Part shown: one piece after another, positions 50,680 through 62,243 of the stretch
How positions within the stretch are numbered: position 1 is the stretch's first letter
How the letters are laid out: each line of letters begins with the position of its first letter
Assembly: GCF_030028105.1 (NCBI RefSeq)
Contig: NC_092400.1
Coordinates: 15,066,001-15,130,000, forward strand
Length of the DNA stretch: 64,000 nt
DNA from: Mobula birostris
Lineage: Eukaryota
Direction: 5' to 3'
The notes under the pieces: model-generated
What the model saw: only the letters and a program-made list of their open reading frames with translations
What the model was told of the DNA's origin: nothing
Database searches by the model: none
Position numbers and translations under genes: made by a program

Positions 50680-51515
50680 AAAATCTCCATGACAATTGGG
50701 GAGCCTGAGGTGAGGTGCAGGAATGTTGTCTTAGACCACAGCAAGATAGACAGTGGATCAGATGGAAAGTTGAGTGGAGCATTTGGAGAAACTATTTAAT
50801 CTTATCAATTGCAAGGTGATGCAGTTTAGGAAGTCAGGTCAGCGTAAAAAATTTTCCATGAAATGTAGAGCACCAAGCAGGGGTCCATGGACCCCTCGGT
50901 TAACGGTAGGGGTCCATGGCATAAAAAGGTTGGGAACCCGTGGCACCAAAGAGTGTTGATGAGCAGAGAGACGTTGATGTTTAGCGTCCATAGTTTGCTG
51001 AAAGTGTTGACAAAGTGTTGAAGGAGGTATTTGCCAAACTTGCTTCTGTAGGTTGGAGCAGAGTATGGGAACTTTATGAAATACCATTTAGACCACATTT
51101 AGAGTATTGCGTGTAGTGCTGATCACCACACTATAGGAAGGATGTGGTTATGGGAGAGAGAATACAGAGGAGATCCACAGGCTGGGAGATGACATGATGG
51201 AGATATATAAAATTATGAAACTTAGGGTAGATAACTAGTGCTGTTTCACATGGTTGGGGTGCATCAAAAAGAAAAGGGCACACGTTTAAGATGAGAGAAA
51301 GGCACTTTAAAGGGGATCTGAGGTGAAAGTCTGAGGTTGCCAGAGGAGGTGATGAAATCAGATACAATTATTAACTTCAAGGGGCATTTAGACAAGCACT
51401 TGAATAATCAAGGGATTGAAGAATATGAGCAGACTTAATGTGGTAAAATAGTGTTGGTATTGATTGACATGGACACAGTGGGCCAATTGGCTTGCTTTCT
51501 ATATTGTATGACTCA
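50680..51515 (+). mobile_element. Old CR1 3' fragment with a nested hAT MITE at 50878..50942
   Basis: ttagaccacatttagagtattgcgtgtag and related CR1 remnants; MITE TSD gcaccaag / gcaccaaa. Confidence 0.7.
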
Positions 51516-51826
51516 AATTATTATCAGGAGCTACACTTGGGATGTGAAGGTAGGCAAGGATGGTTTGATTTTTTTTTTCTTTTTTAACAATTAAGTTTTT
51601 GGCATTCACAGATTATAGAACTGTGATTTCGGAAAGTTGATTTTATTTGCTCTAATTTATTTTAAAAAAATCCTGTACTGGGAAATATTCCTTCAACTCC
51701 TGAGTTTTATGACTTGCTAAACAACTTGAAACCGTGGATTTAGACAACATTTTTGAAAGCTTTTCTTGCCTTTTTGGAAAGCGTTCTCTTCCAAAAATAT
51801 GCAAATAAGGCTGTATTCAAGTAATA

Positions 51827-52571
51827 CACTATATTCCGGTTAATTGGGACTACCTCTTATTTGGGACACTATGTCACTTAATTGGGACAGGAGACTGTTG
51901 CCGCACAGCTTCTAACCAGCATCAGTTGCATGCACTTTTGTGGCAGTTAGACACTACATGGTAAAAGATCTTTTTTAAAATAGTGTCAGTTATGTGTATT
52001 TGTGTTTATGAAGCTGTGATTTTTGTCATTGATAGTTGTTGAGAAGTAAGCAGTAAGGCAATTTGGAACCGTTTTGCGCACTGCAGCTTCAAGCATTCAG
52101 GCTTGGAGATGCAAGAAATGTCCAGGAGTGAAACTGAAATGATTTCACTACTTCGACAAGTTAGGAACCATGAAGAGCTTGAAGGTTTGACAATCATCTT
52201 AAATGTAACAATGAAAACAAAGATTAGGAGAATGCAGTCGTTGAAAGTATTGTATGAAGGCAGTCCATGAACTGCACTAGGTGACTGCAGTGATAGTGTT
52301 CATTTACAGTCAATCAAAAGAACACAGGAGCGTATAATTCCTTCTTCAATGTTTATTAGGGACTAATACACAGTTTTATAGTACAGTAGTGTATGGGTAG
52401 TGTTCTAATTTGTTCTGTATTTCATTTAAATACATAATTTGTTCAGTTAAAATTAGTTTGTGTTTTATACCTTTTTAACTATTTCTTTGAAACTTCAGCT
52501 AATTGAGACAGCTACTTAATTGGGCCAAAATGTACTGGACCTGATGTGTCCCAGTTAATTGGAATCCAATG
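51827..52571. mobile_element. Second Tigger/pogo-like non-autonomous element
   Basis: TIRs ..attccggttaattggga / tcccagttaattggaatc..; colinear with 4373..5789 minus that copy's insert. Confidence 0.75.
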
Positions 52572-54044
52572 CATTTCAACCTTGGGCATGAGTAATTAGG
52601 ACAATTAGGGTCTTGTTTATTACAGTCTGTGATTTGGAATTGTCATCCTTTGTGTTCCTGTATATATGGGTAAAAATTGGTGAACCTGGTCGTATTTGAG
52701 ATTATGTTTGTCAGGCTGGTTTTCGTCCTGGTTTCAGTTGCACAGGAAATGTTCATGTTCCTTTCATCTCGTTTGAGTTCTGTTTCTATCCAAATTTGGG
52801 AAATATTTTATTTGAAACACCAGAAAAGCATGCCATAATTTTGAGTATATTTGATTTAAGATGTTGCATTTTATCAGTTTTTTGATTTTCAGAGCTGTCT
52901 AGAATTGTAATGACATCCATGCTTGAGGTGCAGGTGTTCATGTATGAAGAAACACAGAAGGGGCAGTGTCCTGAGGGGGAGAGAGACAAAAACAAAATTT
53001 CATGTGTTTCAGATCAGGACCTCTCACTAGAAATGGAACAGGTTAGAGATTAAAGTGAGGCCCAAGGTACAGAGAAGGTAGGGAGCGGAGAAAAGAGCAA
53101 AAGCAATGGCTGAGTGGACAGTGGTAAAGCTGAAATAGTGAAAGAGGTGGTGGAAGATACCTACCTCGTTTAGGCATCTTGAGGAGAAATATCATTGGCT
53201 ATATGTAGTCTGCCCCAGTGGGATTAAACACCCTGTCACGTTCTGTGATTGTGCGTATTTTGAATTCATGTGGAGTGTAGATTTGCAGCAGGAGCAACTA
53301 ATTGTGCTGAAGCCCCTGACTCTGTTATAGTGTACAATTCCGGGATGATTTTAACTTGCGTCCCCTCATCTTTCAAAATGCTTGTTAGTCACCCACAGCA
53401 GCTGGGTAATGAGCATCATGAGATCTCTGTACATCTTTCTATTGTATACCTTATCGTCTCAAACTTAGAGTGCTGCCTTGACCTGAATTGAAGATTAACG
53501 ATTAAGAATTAGATCTGTCTGAGGTAACATCACACTGAAACACAGATTATATTCGAAATGTAGCACTTCTTAAATAATTAAACATTTTTGAGGATGTTAG
53601 ATGATATAATCAGTCGTTTAAAAGTGAAGGTTTGGTGTCACTTACAGAGCAGATGAAGGCAGATTTCCCCCCTGGAACATAAGTAAACCAGATGTGATTT
53701 TACAATAATCGAAATGTTTCATGGCCACTAGGCCTTGATTTAAAAAAAAATTCAGATTATTGTTCTGAATTTAAACTCCCATCTACCATAGTGGGGCCTC
53801 TGGATTGTTGATCCCAGCTTCTGAGACACCAATCCAGTAATTTAATCACTCGCATCACATTTCTTACACGATGTCACCTTATTAATTGACAATTCACTAA
53901 ACTGGTGGAAAGAATGATGACTGATGATTTAGGCCCTGAACTCTCTTCCAGATATTTTTTTCCCCCCCTACGTTTTTCTTGATTTTCAATTTTTTGAATA
54001 TAAGCTGCATATAAAATTGCAATAGATTTTGTGGATGATTGTGT

Positions 54045-54280
54045 CTTTGTAGTTAATATAACACTTCTACAGCACCAGAGACCTGGGTTCAATTCCCATT
54101 TGTACATTCCCCCCCCCCCCCCCCCACCGACTGCGTAGCTTTCCTCCGAGTGCTCCGGTTTCCTCCCACATTTAAAGGCGTTCGTGTTAGTAGATTAATT
54201 GGTCATGTCGGGTGGCATGAGCTTGTTGCGCCAGAAGTGCCTGTTACTGTACTGTATCTCTAATTAATAATAAATAACAT
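54045..54280 (+). mobile_element. tRNA-derived V-domain-type SINE
   Basis: cctgggttcaattccc B box; ttcctccgagtgctccggtttcctcccaca core; taataa tail. Confidence 0.7.
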
Positions 54281-54348
54281 TTACCTTATTTCTTGTTTAT
54301 ACGCTTATATAACTTAGATGTAGGTTTTGAATCCTTGACCCTATAAAG

Positions 54349-54428
54349 AAGGGGTCCACAAGCTTTTGTATGCCATGGACCAACATCATTAAGCAAGGGG
54401 TCCATAGACCCCAGGTTGGGAACCCCTG
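54349..54428. mobile_element. 80-bp hAT-type MITE
   Basis: Perfect 8-bp TSD ctataaag (54341-48, 54429-36); reverse orientation relative to the 23652 copy. Confidence 0.88.
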
Positions 54429-54575
54429 CTATAAAGGTTATACTGACATGTTTTAGAAGGCAGTGATGATATGAAATTTTGTAACTGGCACCCCATTCAA
54501 CACGATGTGTTTTATTTATTTATTTATTTTATGTTCTGAAGTTGGATCACTCCAATATGTTTCTCCTTTCTCTAG

Positions 54576-54634
54576 TGATGGCACTTTGAATCCAAACGGA
54601 GTGAGATTTGGGAGTTCCGAAATCTACCACATTG
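54576..54634 (+). CDS. AACS: AACS coding exon (approx. exon 16): DGTLNPNGVRFGSSEIYHI
   Basis: Acceptor ttctctag, donor gtaagc at 54635; 59 nt; A8-type hinge motif. Confidence 0.96.
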
Positions 54635-55209
54635 GTAAGCTTTGAAGTGTGCTGCCACAAGTAGTTGCCTTCCTGCAACTACAGTTGTGGTTTTTTTTAT
54701 CTTGCTGCTTTTCAAGCGCCGTTTTAGTGCGGATCTTGCTTTTCGATGGAAGCTAATGGCCACATGAGAATCTGTTCACTCAGTTCCTACTGGCTGCTTT
54801 GTCATACATGACCAGAAGTAATGACGTTGAAAAATGATATTTTCAAATCACCTATAATGAAATTCCATGTTAGAGAACAGACTCAACAATTTAAAAGTGA
54901 GTTTTGATCATTATGTGTACCTCGATATCTGATTGGTAATGAAGATGCCTGGCAAGGTAGCTACATCCATTTGTAGCTTGGTACCTTGGTATAAAACTCT
55001 TTAAAGATTGGCCAAAAAAAACTTCCAGAAAGAAAGTAGTATTTAACCAAAATTATCAATTTATTTATAATATTAAAATAAATGGTAGTCAAGGATGCTG
55101 TAGAGAATGAGGTCTATCTGAATAATTAGAAGGCCTTTGATAAACTTGTGTTCTTTGTGAAAAGGGCTGAGTCAAGTTCCTGGGAGCAGAATAAGTTTGA
55201 AAGATAACT

Positions 55210-55685
55210 CAGTTCTGTGCAAAAATCTTAGACAGATATGTACATATATACCAGGATGCTTCAGGCTTTTGCACAATATGGAGCGGAGAGCGAGTTTGTA
55301 AGTCAGGCAGGAGCAAAGGATGTTGGGAACGGTGAGGGTGGAGCACCATGGGAGGGGTGGGGGACTGGTGGCAGAAAGGAGTGCCAGGGGCGGGGGCGTC
55401 GAGGCACCAGGCAAGGTCATTTGATTTCAAGCAATTGGTTTATTGATCATTACAGAATGTCTCTCTGGTGCTTCCCACTCCCTTTTCCCAACCATGGTTC
55501 CCTACTCCTTGCCCCCTTCCCACTCTCAGTCCACAATAGAGACCCATATCAGAATCGTTTATCGTCACTCATGTCATGAAATTGTTTTGTTTTTTTTGCG
55601 GCAGCAGTACAGTGCAACGCATAAAATTACTACAGTACTGTGCGTAAGTCTTGGGCATCCTAGCTATGTATTATGCACAGTACTG
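55210..55685. mobile_element. Composite element bounded by two Tc1-family mini-hairpins
   Basis: Hairpin MITEs at about 55210..55280 and 55633..55685 share the cagtactgtgcaaaagtctt TIR and bracket about 350 bp of purine-rich, then pyrimidine-rich, then Rex-tail sequence. Confidence 0.65.
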
Positions 55686-55834
55686 TAGAAAACAGAAAGG
55701 TGAGGCTAAGGGAAGTTGCCTCCCATATGAATCTTGTGGTAATATTGAAATGTTAATGTATCGAGTCCGGGTGAAAGATAGCAGATTTTTATTGTTCTGT
55801 TTCTGAAATCAGATTGTGATGTTTTGTCCTGCAG

Positions 55835-56037
55835 TTGAAGCATTTGAGCAAGTTGCAGATAGCCTTTGTGTCCCACAGTACAACAAGGATGGTGAGGAAA
55901 GAGTCATCCTTTTCTTGAAAATGGCCTCCAGTCACATTTTTACAGAAGACTTGGTGATAAAGGTGAGGAGTGCCATCCGAAAGGCTTTATCAGCAAGACA
56001 CGTCCCTGCACTCATATTGGAGACTAAAGACATTCCT
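55835..56037 (+). CDS. AACS: AACS coding exon (approx. exon 17): [30 protein letters not shown]...[15 protein letters not shown]
   Basis: Acceptor cctgcag, donor gtaagt at 56038; 203 nt; lies within ORF 55816..56163. Confidence 0.97.
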
Positions 56038-56706
56038 GTAAGTTGCTCTGTTTTTACTGTACCCATTCATGTTCTCAAGCAAACTATTGGTTTTTGTTCT
56101 TCTCATTTTTGTTCATGTATGGACATGAACTGTCATATTGCATTTTGCAATGATTGGGCGTAGAGTTTCCTTCATATCTGCTTTGTGTACTTCATTCCAG
56201 TAAACATCTGTATGTTCCCTATTGATTAAAGCAACGATTAAATTGGTCAATTTAAAAGCTGGGCTGGATGGTTTGGAAAGGTTGGGTGCTGGGACCAGTG
56301 GCGAGGGTTGAGCCAGTCCTGCTGTCTGCTGCGCGACACTTGCTTCTCCCTTCTCCCTACGGCTGAGGATGCATCCTGTTCCAGCTGCTCCAGGCTTTGT
56401 GTTAGCGAGCTCCGCGACAACCTGCCCCGCTGTGTGATGAGCTGAGGCCATGGGCCTGCTCTGGGCTTCGTGTCTATGGACTCACTTTGGTTTTGAACAC
56501 TGTTGCTTGCTTCTATTGTTATCATTATTTTTTTCTCTCTGTCTCTGCGCAGTGGGTGTTGGTCTACTTTTTAATGGGTTCTTTCAGGTTTCTTGGTCTG
56601 TGGCTGCCTGTGAGGAGGCCAATGTCAAGGTCGTATAATTTATACATGTACTTTGAACTTTTGAATGTTTATTTACAAGTAAGAGTAATTAAAGTTCAAA
56701 GTAAAT

Positions 56707-57377
56707 GCTTTTTGTAATTTATTTTTTATTGAAGTTCATCATCAGAGAAAACTTGCCATAAGATGTATTTCAGATACTGTACATATATATTTGTCACAAA
56801 TCTCCACATAATATTTATCCGAGGTATACACTTATAGAAAGGAGAGGACAGAAAGAACAATCAAAAGAAGAAAACTATGTACAAAGTAGGGAGTGATCTT
56901 TTTTTTTACAACATATTCATTGACTTGTGAGAATAAAATCAGGCCTATGAGGTGTTATGTACTTAAACCATTTTTTCCAGTATGAATCAAATTGTTCTAA
57001 CTTATGATTAACAAATGCTGTTATCTTCTCCATTTTGTAAATGTCCATTGTAATTTCCATCCATACATTTAAAGTTGGGCTGTCCTGTGATAACCATTTC
57101 CTTGTAAGGGTCTTTTTACCAGCCACCAGCAGTATATTCATTAAATATTTATCTCTTTTCAACCATTCTTGAGGTATATACCGAAAATATATGGTCTTAC
57201 TTTCTAAGGGTATTTCACATTTAAAGATATCTTGTAGGGCATTGTGTATCCCACTCCAATAGTCTTTGATAATGGGGCATTCCCAGAAAATATGATAATG
57301 GCTTGCATTTTGATTTCCACAATTTCTCCAGCAAACAGGGAGGTTACTATCATAATGGGATTTCTGAGAGGGTGTAA
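56707..57377 (-). mobile_element. L1-clade LINE, 5'-truncated, young
   Basis: ORF 56917..57411 has the L1-type C-terminal knuckle CWRNC..HIFWEC..YW; AATAAA and an A-rich tail; 17-bp flanking repeat taaagttcaaagtaaat at 56690-706 and 57378-94. Confidence 0.88.
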
Positions 57378-57675
57378 TAAAGTTCAAAGTAAATTTATTA
57401 TCAAAGTACATAAGTATTACAATATACTCATTAAATCTACAGAATGATGATTAGCAGTGATTTAAAATATAGCATATACAAAACATAAATATTAAAAAAG
57501 ATGCACAATACTTTCAGAGTTAATTGTGCAGGACAAAGACATTCCAAAAATTACCCTAGTAAGTGGACATTTAGTAGACAATCCCAGTACTTATTTTCCT
57601 TGATGGACGTGAGAAATAAACAGCCATCTTCAATGCGCCAAGATGCTTGTTAACAGAACTGGGATTCATACGGAG

Positions 57676-58185
57676 TCAGAATCAGGTTTAATATCATCAG
57701 CATCTGTCGTGAAATATGTTTGCTTTGCGGCAGCAGTACAATGCAATACACGATAATATAGAAAAAAACTGAATTACAGTGCGTGTATGTATATGTATGT
57801 GTGTGTGTATATATATATATATATAAAATAGTTAAATTAAGTAGTGCAAAAAGAACCCAGAACTAACGAAAAAGTAGTGAGGTTCATGGGTTAAAAGTCC
57901 ATTCAGATATTGGATGGCAGAGGGGGAAAAATCTGTTCCTGAATTGTTGAATGTGTGCCTTCAGGCTTCTGTACCTCATTCCTGATGGGAACAATGAGAA
58001 GAGGGCATGTCCTGGGTGGTGGGGGTTCCTTAATGATGGATGCTGCCTTTTTGAGGCACTACGCCTTGAAGATGTCTTGGATACTATGGAGGATGGTACC
58101 CATAATAGAGCTGACTAATGTTACAACTCTCTGCAGCTTACTTCGATCTTGTGTAGTGGCGCCCCCCCCCCCCACCCCCCAATAC
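57676..58185 (-). mobile_element. Rex1/Babar-type 3' fragment containing a (GT)n(AT)n microsatellite at 57781..57824
   Basis: Closely similar to 1279..1760 and to the reverse complement of 25035..25545. Confidence 0.85.
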
Positions 58186-58520
58186 CTTACGGGGTATCAA
58201 AGTGAGCTATTGTCTTTTCAGGATTAAGACCAATTCCTTGCATCATTGGTTTGCACTGCCAAATTAATGCCTGGATGATTGAAAAATAATATTCCTAATT
58301 TCAGACAACCCTCAGAGACTGCAGTAGTAGAATTAGATTTTTAGTGCATCTTCAAATTTCACTTGTTAGGTGTTCATATCATTCTTGTTACTGGGTAAAA
58401 GAAGTTTAGTAATTTTTAAAATATTTTCATGTATTGCAATTTATTGGCAATTCCCAAAATTTTCAAGAAATCATCTCCATTGAATTTTCTGGCATTATTT
58501 TGGTCCTTTGTTTTAATGAA

Positions 58521-58716
58521 GCTGGCTGGTGGTGTAGTGGCATCAGCAGTTGTCCCAAGTTCGAATCTGGCTGGCACCTTGCATGCTTTACATCCAGGCT
58601 GCGTTGAGTGTCGGGCAAGCAACTTGGCCTCGTGGAAAAAAAAAACAAATTGAATGCCAAGGAAAAGGCAAAAATACCCATTGTGCCACATGGTGTGAAA
58701 AGGAACAACAACAACA
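58521..58716 (+). mobile_element. tRNA-derived SINE (same family as 29554 and 41320)
   Basis: tggtgtagtgg A box, gttcgaatc B box, (aac)n tail; ttaatga on both flanks. Confidence 0.75.
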
Positions 58717-59322
58717 TTAATGACATCCTCGTTTCAGATACAAAATGGATATTTTGCTTTCATGTCTACACATCTGCAATACAAAGCTTAGCCAACTGAT
58801 CTGATCTAATCTACACCACATAATTCAAATAAAGCTTGAGATTTTGCCTAGAACGGTGATAGTAAATCTAATGAGAATACTGCATCACACAACAAATAAC
58901 ACAAAGTTAACAGTGAGAATCACAAAGTTAACATGACCTGAAACAGAAACATAATTGTTTGAAGTGCTGTAATACGATCTCTATATCAGATGGTTGCAAA
59001 GCAAATTTGTAAAACTAATACTTTTAACATTATTAAGAGAGCATGAAAAAAGAAACTGATATTGAAGCTCAGATGCATGTCTGTGTACTGGTATCAGAAT
59101 ATCGGTCTCTGCTCTGCCCGGCCAAAGTTGTGCCCTATGAACAGTTGAACACTTTTGCCAAAATAGAGTATTATATTAAGTCAGTATTTGTACTGCAAGA
59201 GGGCACTCATCTAAGATCGGATCCTGTTTTGTACAGTAATGTATGAATGAATGGCCATTGCTTATCATGATAAAAATATGAAGAAATAGAAATGTTGCTC
59301 ACAGTGACCTTTTCTTTTGTAG

Positions 59323-59460
59323 TACACCATCAGTGGAAAGAAAGTAGAGGTGGCGGTGAAGCAGGTTATCGCTGGCAAAGATGTAAAGCAGCTTAGCGCC
59401 TTCTCCAATCCAAAGTCTCTCGAGTTCTACAAGAACATCCCTGAACTCCAGAACTTCTGA
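59323..59460 (+). CDS. AACS: AACS last coding exon: [45 protein letters not shown]
   Basis: Acceptor ttttgtag, TGA at 59458-59460; the PxTxSGK (A10) catalytic lysine codon is at 59338-59340. Confidence 0.97.
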   Translation, partial: YTISGKKVEVAVKQVIAGKDVKQLSAFSNPKSLEFYKNIPELQNF

Positions 59461-59845
59461 AAATATTATTTATATATGTGCAAAGTAAATTTTATTTAAT
59501 AGAGTAACTGTCTCATCTGGAAGACATTTGGTGCAGTTTTGTGTTTAATTTTTCCTCAATGGTCCTGCAAAATTGAATATATGGTGTTGCAGCAAAACCT
59601 CATAGTCGTGCAAGTATAACTGGGGTGTCTTTAAGCTAATCTAAAATTGAAACATCGACTCAAGTGGGTGTGATGGCAGTTCTTTTGACATTAATGTGAT
59701 ATAACTTTGGGGAAGATACTGTAGTGTTGTTTCAACTGATCCTGAAATATTCCTGTCCATGAGTTGTATTAAATTTTCCCCCAGTCGAAGGAAACACTGT
59801 TTTTGAAACTGCCTTTTTAAACTGTGAGCTTTTTTATAGATAGGA

Positions 59846-60966
59846 AATAAAATAATAGCTTATAAAATCAAGGTAGTATTTTTAATTTGATGTTGACATT
59901 AATTTGAATTTTTCATTTAGTCTGGAGTAGATATAGCAATGTTAGAAGTACTTCACTCAAGCAATGTCTGTGGAAAATGGATTAGCATGCAATAGGAGAA
60001 CATTGCCCACACAAGATGTCCAAAGAATAGATGGGCTAATGGCTGATAAGGATTTTGCTACTCCAGTTTACCTCTCTAAGTTCAACTTTTGTTTCTTTAC
60101 GCGTTCAAATACCAATTTTCATGCCTTTCCCTGCCATACCTTTGGTGCTGTTTAATCTTTTCTGTCTTCCATTCTAGTACACGTCTTTCTGTGTTTCTTT
60201 CTTCCCTGTCTCTGAACCTTCTCTTGCATCTCTACCATTTGCAGTTCTAATAAAAAGTTATCAGCCCGAAATGTTGGCCTCGCTCCTAAGTTCGGCTCTC
60301 TCAGAACTGCAATATTTGGCTTTTGTTAATTGTCCATATTTTAGCTGTTCTGTGTAATATATTAATGGAAATAATTTGATCCTCTAATGCACAATGAACT
60401 TGCACTACAGAGCAATATGTTTTAAACTGTTTGTTTCATGTACCAGGTCCCGTACAAGATTGCTTTTATTTGAAGATCAGGTTTGTGTCAGAAAAACTGT
60501 AACTACATAGGTCAAACGTGGTCACTGATCTTGAATAGTTATCGTTGTAAATCTAATTTTGCCATAATATCAAATTTAAGTAAATTAAACAATGGCGGAT
60601 AGGCAAAAATAATGTTGAGCACAACAACGTTTCCCTTGGCATTTTATTTCCCCTGAGTTGTGAAAACTTGGAATATGTTTTTAAAACGGTGTACTTGTTT
60701 TGTCTCAAAGAAACAGATAATAAAGCAAAATAACAAGGTTACCAAGTTCTCTAGTGATCTTTGTGTAAAAAGAGCTTTCCTTTCTGTTTAGTACAGGTGG
60801 CAAAATGTGCTCATTCGTTGTAGTCTTGCATGATATTGAATATTGATGAGGCCATCCATTCCCAGATCTGAAACTCCAGTGATCAAGGTTAAAGATAAAG
60901 CATTGGATGTTAACTGCTCATGTTTCAGGTTCAAATCCCTTAAGTTGTATGTTGTTTGAAAATAAA
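59846..60966 (+). promoter_or_regulatory. Candidate AACS polyadenylation signals (AATAAA at 59846, 60249, 60719, 60961)
   Basis: Four AATAAA hexamers in the AT-rich, repeat-poor region after the stop codon. Which one is used cannot be determined from sequence. Confidence 0.5.
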
Positions 60967-62180
60967 ATTTCTTATTGCAAACCGCGGATATCTTCTCACA
61001 TGATTCAAACTTACTTCAGTGGTGATTTGTGGAACATGGAGAATGATCCATAAAACTGAACAATAAGGCTTTTCTAATTTATCAATAGGAAGAATAATCA
61101 CCAAGGATATCCAGTAATCATACGAATTCTCCTATTGATAGTATCATTATTTATCAGTTTTATGTGTATTTGAAAAACACTCACAAAAAGTTAAGTAGAC
61201 TTTTAGCAATACAGAATAATCTGCCACCTTAAAAGTATTGAGGTCAGACGAAGAAACTTTATACTGTATTTTGGATCACATGACTTTGAATCTTTGAATT
61301 GGATTCCCAAGTAATGTACAGAATTTAATTTAGATAGCTGCTTTATCTCTTGCTGCCTCTTTGTAAGTATAGCCGCATGGCTTTAGAACAAGACCCGGCA
61401 CTTTTAGTTATGTGCATTTGGGGTAATTTACAACTTCCATTAAGCCCCACATGTGGGCAGTAGTCAATACTGTGTAATTGATGACTTTACTATTACAGTC
61501 TTATGAATTAGTTTAGTATTTACTGATCATGTGTTAATATTAAGGTAGGAGAGAGGACTGCATTGTATTTCTGTTCCCCTGTATTATGCAGTCATCCAAA
61601 ACAGACACATTTTATCTCTTCAAAGCATTTGAAAGCTGTCAGGCAGGGGATCAACACTCTTTTCCCGCTCCCATGAGATTTTACTCCCTCTTTAGTCAAG
61701 AGACACAAAACCAATGCTACACCGATAGCCAAGATGAGGTTAAAGTAACCCGTGAATGTCAATTGTACAGCTTTTTTTCAATTTACAACACTTTTGGGAT
61801 TGTGATGTTATTGTAAGTAAATTTGCACTATGACATAGATTTAATCTCTATTTTTAAGCAATCTACTGAACATAGCTTCAGATTCATCCAGCTTAAATGA
61901 TAGGCAAGTTTTCAGTGTAAAATAGCTTTTAAATAGCAGAACATTTTCATTTGGAAATTCAGTGCGACTGAAGGTCTTAAATGGTTGATGTTGGGACCGG
62001 ATCAAGGGGGTTCTACTAGATTGATACACATCAATCACTTACACTGTGGTGGTGCTGTGTGTGGGTAGCTATCACACCGCTCCAGTGGCTCTGGTTCAAT
62101 TGTGACCTCTGTGCTCTCTGTGTGGAGTTTGCATACTCTCCCTGTAATGAAGTGGATTTCCCTCAAGTGCTTTGCTTTCC

Positions 62181-62243
62181 TCCTAAATGCATCCTGTTTG
62201 GGAGTTTAATAAGTCCTAAATGCATCCTGTTTGGGAGTTTAAT
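62181..62243 (+). repeat. Perfect 30-bp direct duplication with a 3-nt spacer, inside a V-domain-type SINE (about 62045..62395)
   Basis: tcctaaatgcatcctgtttgggagtttaat-aag-tcctaaatgcatcctgtttgggagtttaat. Confidence 0.9.

Larger units (their letters stand above)
65..59460 (+). other. AACS: AACS gene, 3' portion (10 coding exons; 5' exons lie upstream of the window)
   Basis: Exon lengths 81+125+65+123+114+126+70+59+203+138 = 1104 nt. All introns are GT-AG and phase-compatible. The joined peptide runs [10 protein letters not shown]...IPELQNF* and is colinear with the C-terminal 367 aa of vertebrate AACS as I recall it. Exon numbers follow the recalled 18-exon human model. Confidence 0.97.

Noticed and set aside
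53585-53860. Possible minus-strand tRNA-derived SINE, and an L2-like 3' end at 38500-38700
   Set aside because: Resemblance from memory only; too eroded to set boundaries or a family.
62181-62243. 30-bp direct repeat as a CRISPR-like array
   Set aside because: Only two units with a 3-nt spacer inside a SINE, no cas genes, and a eukaryotic context.
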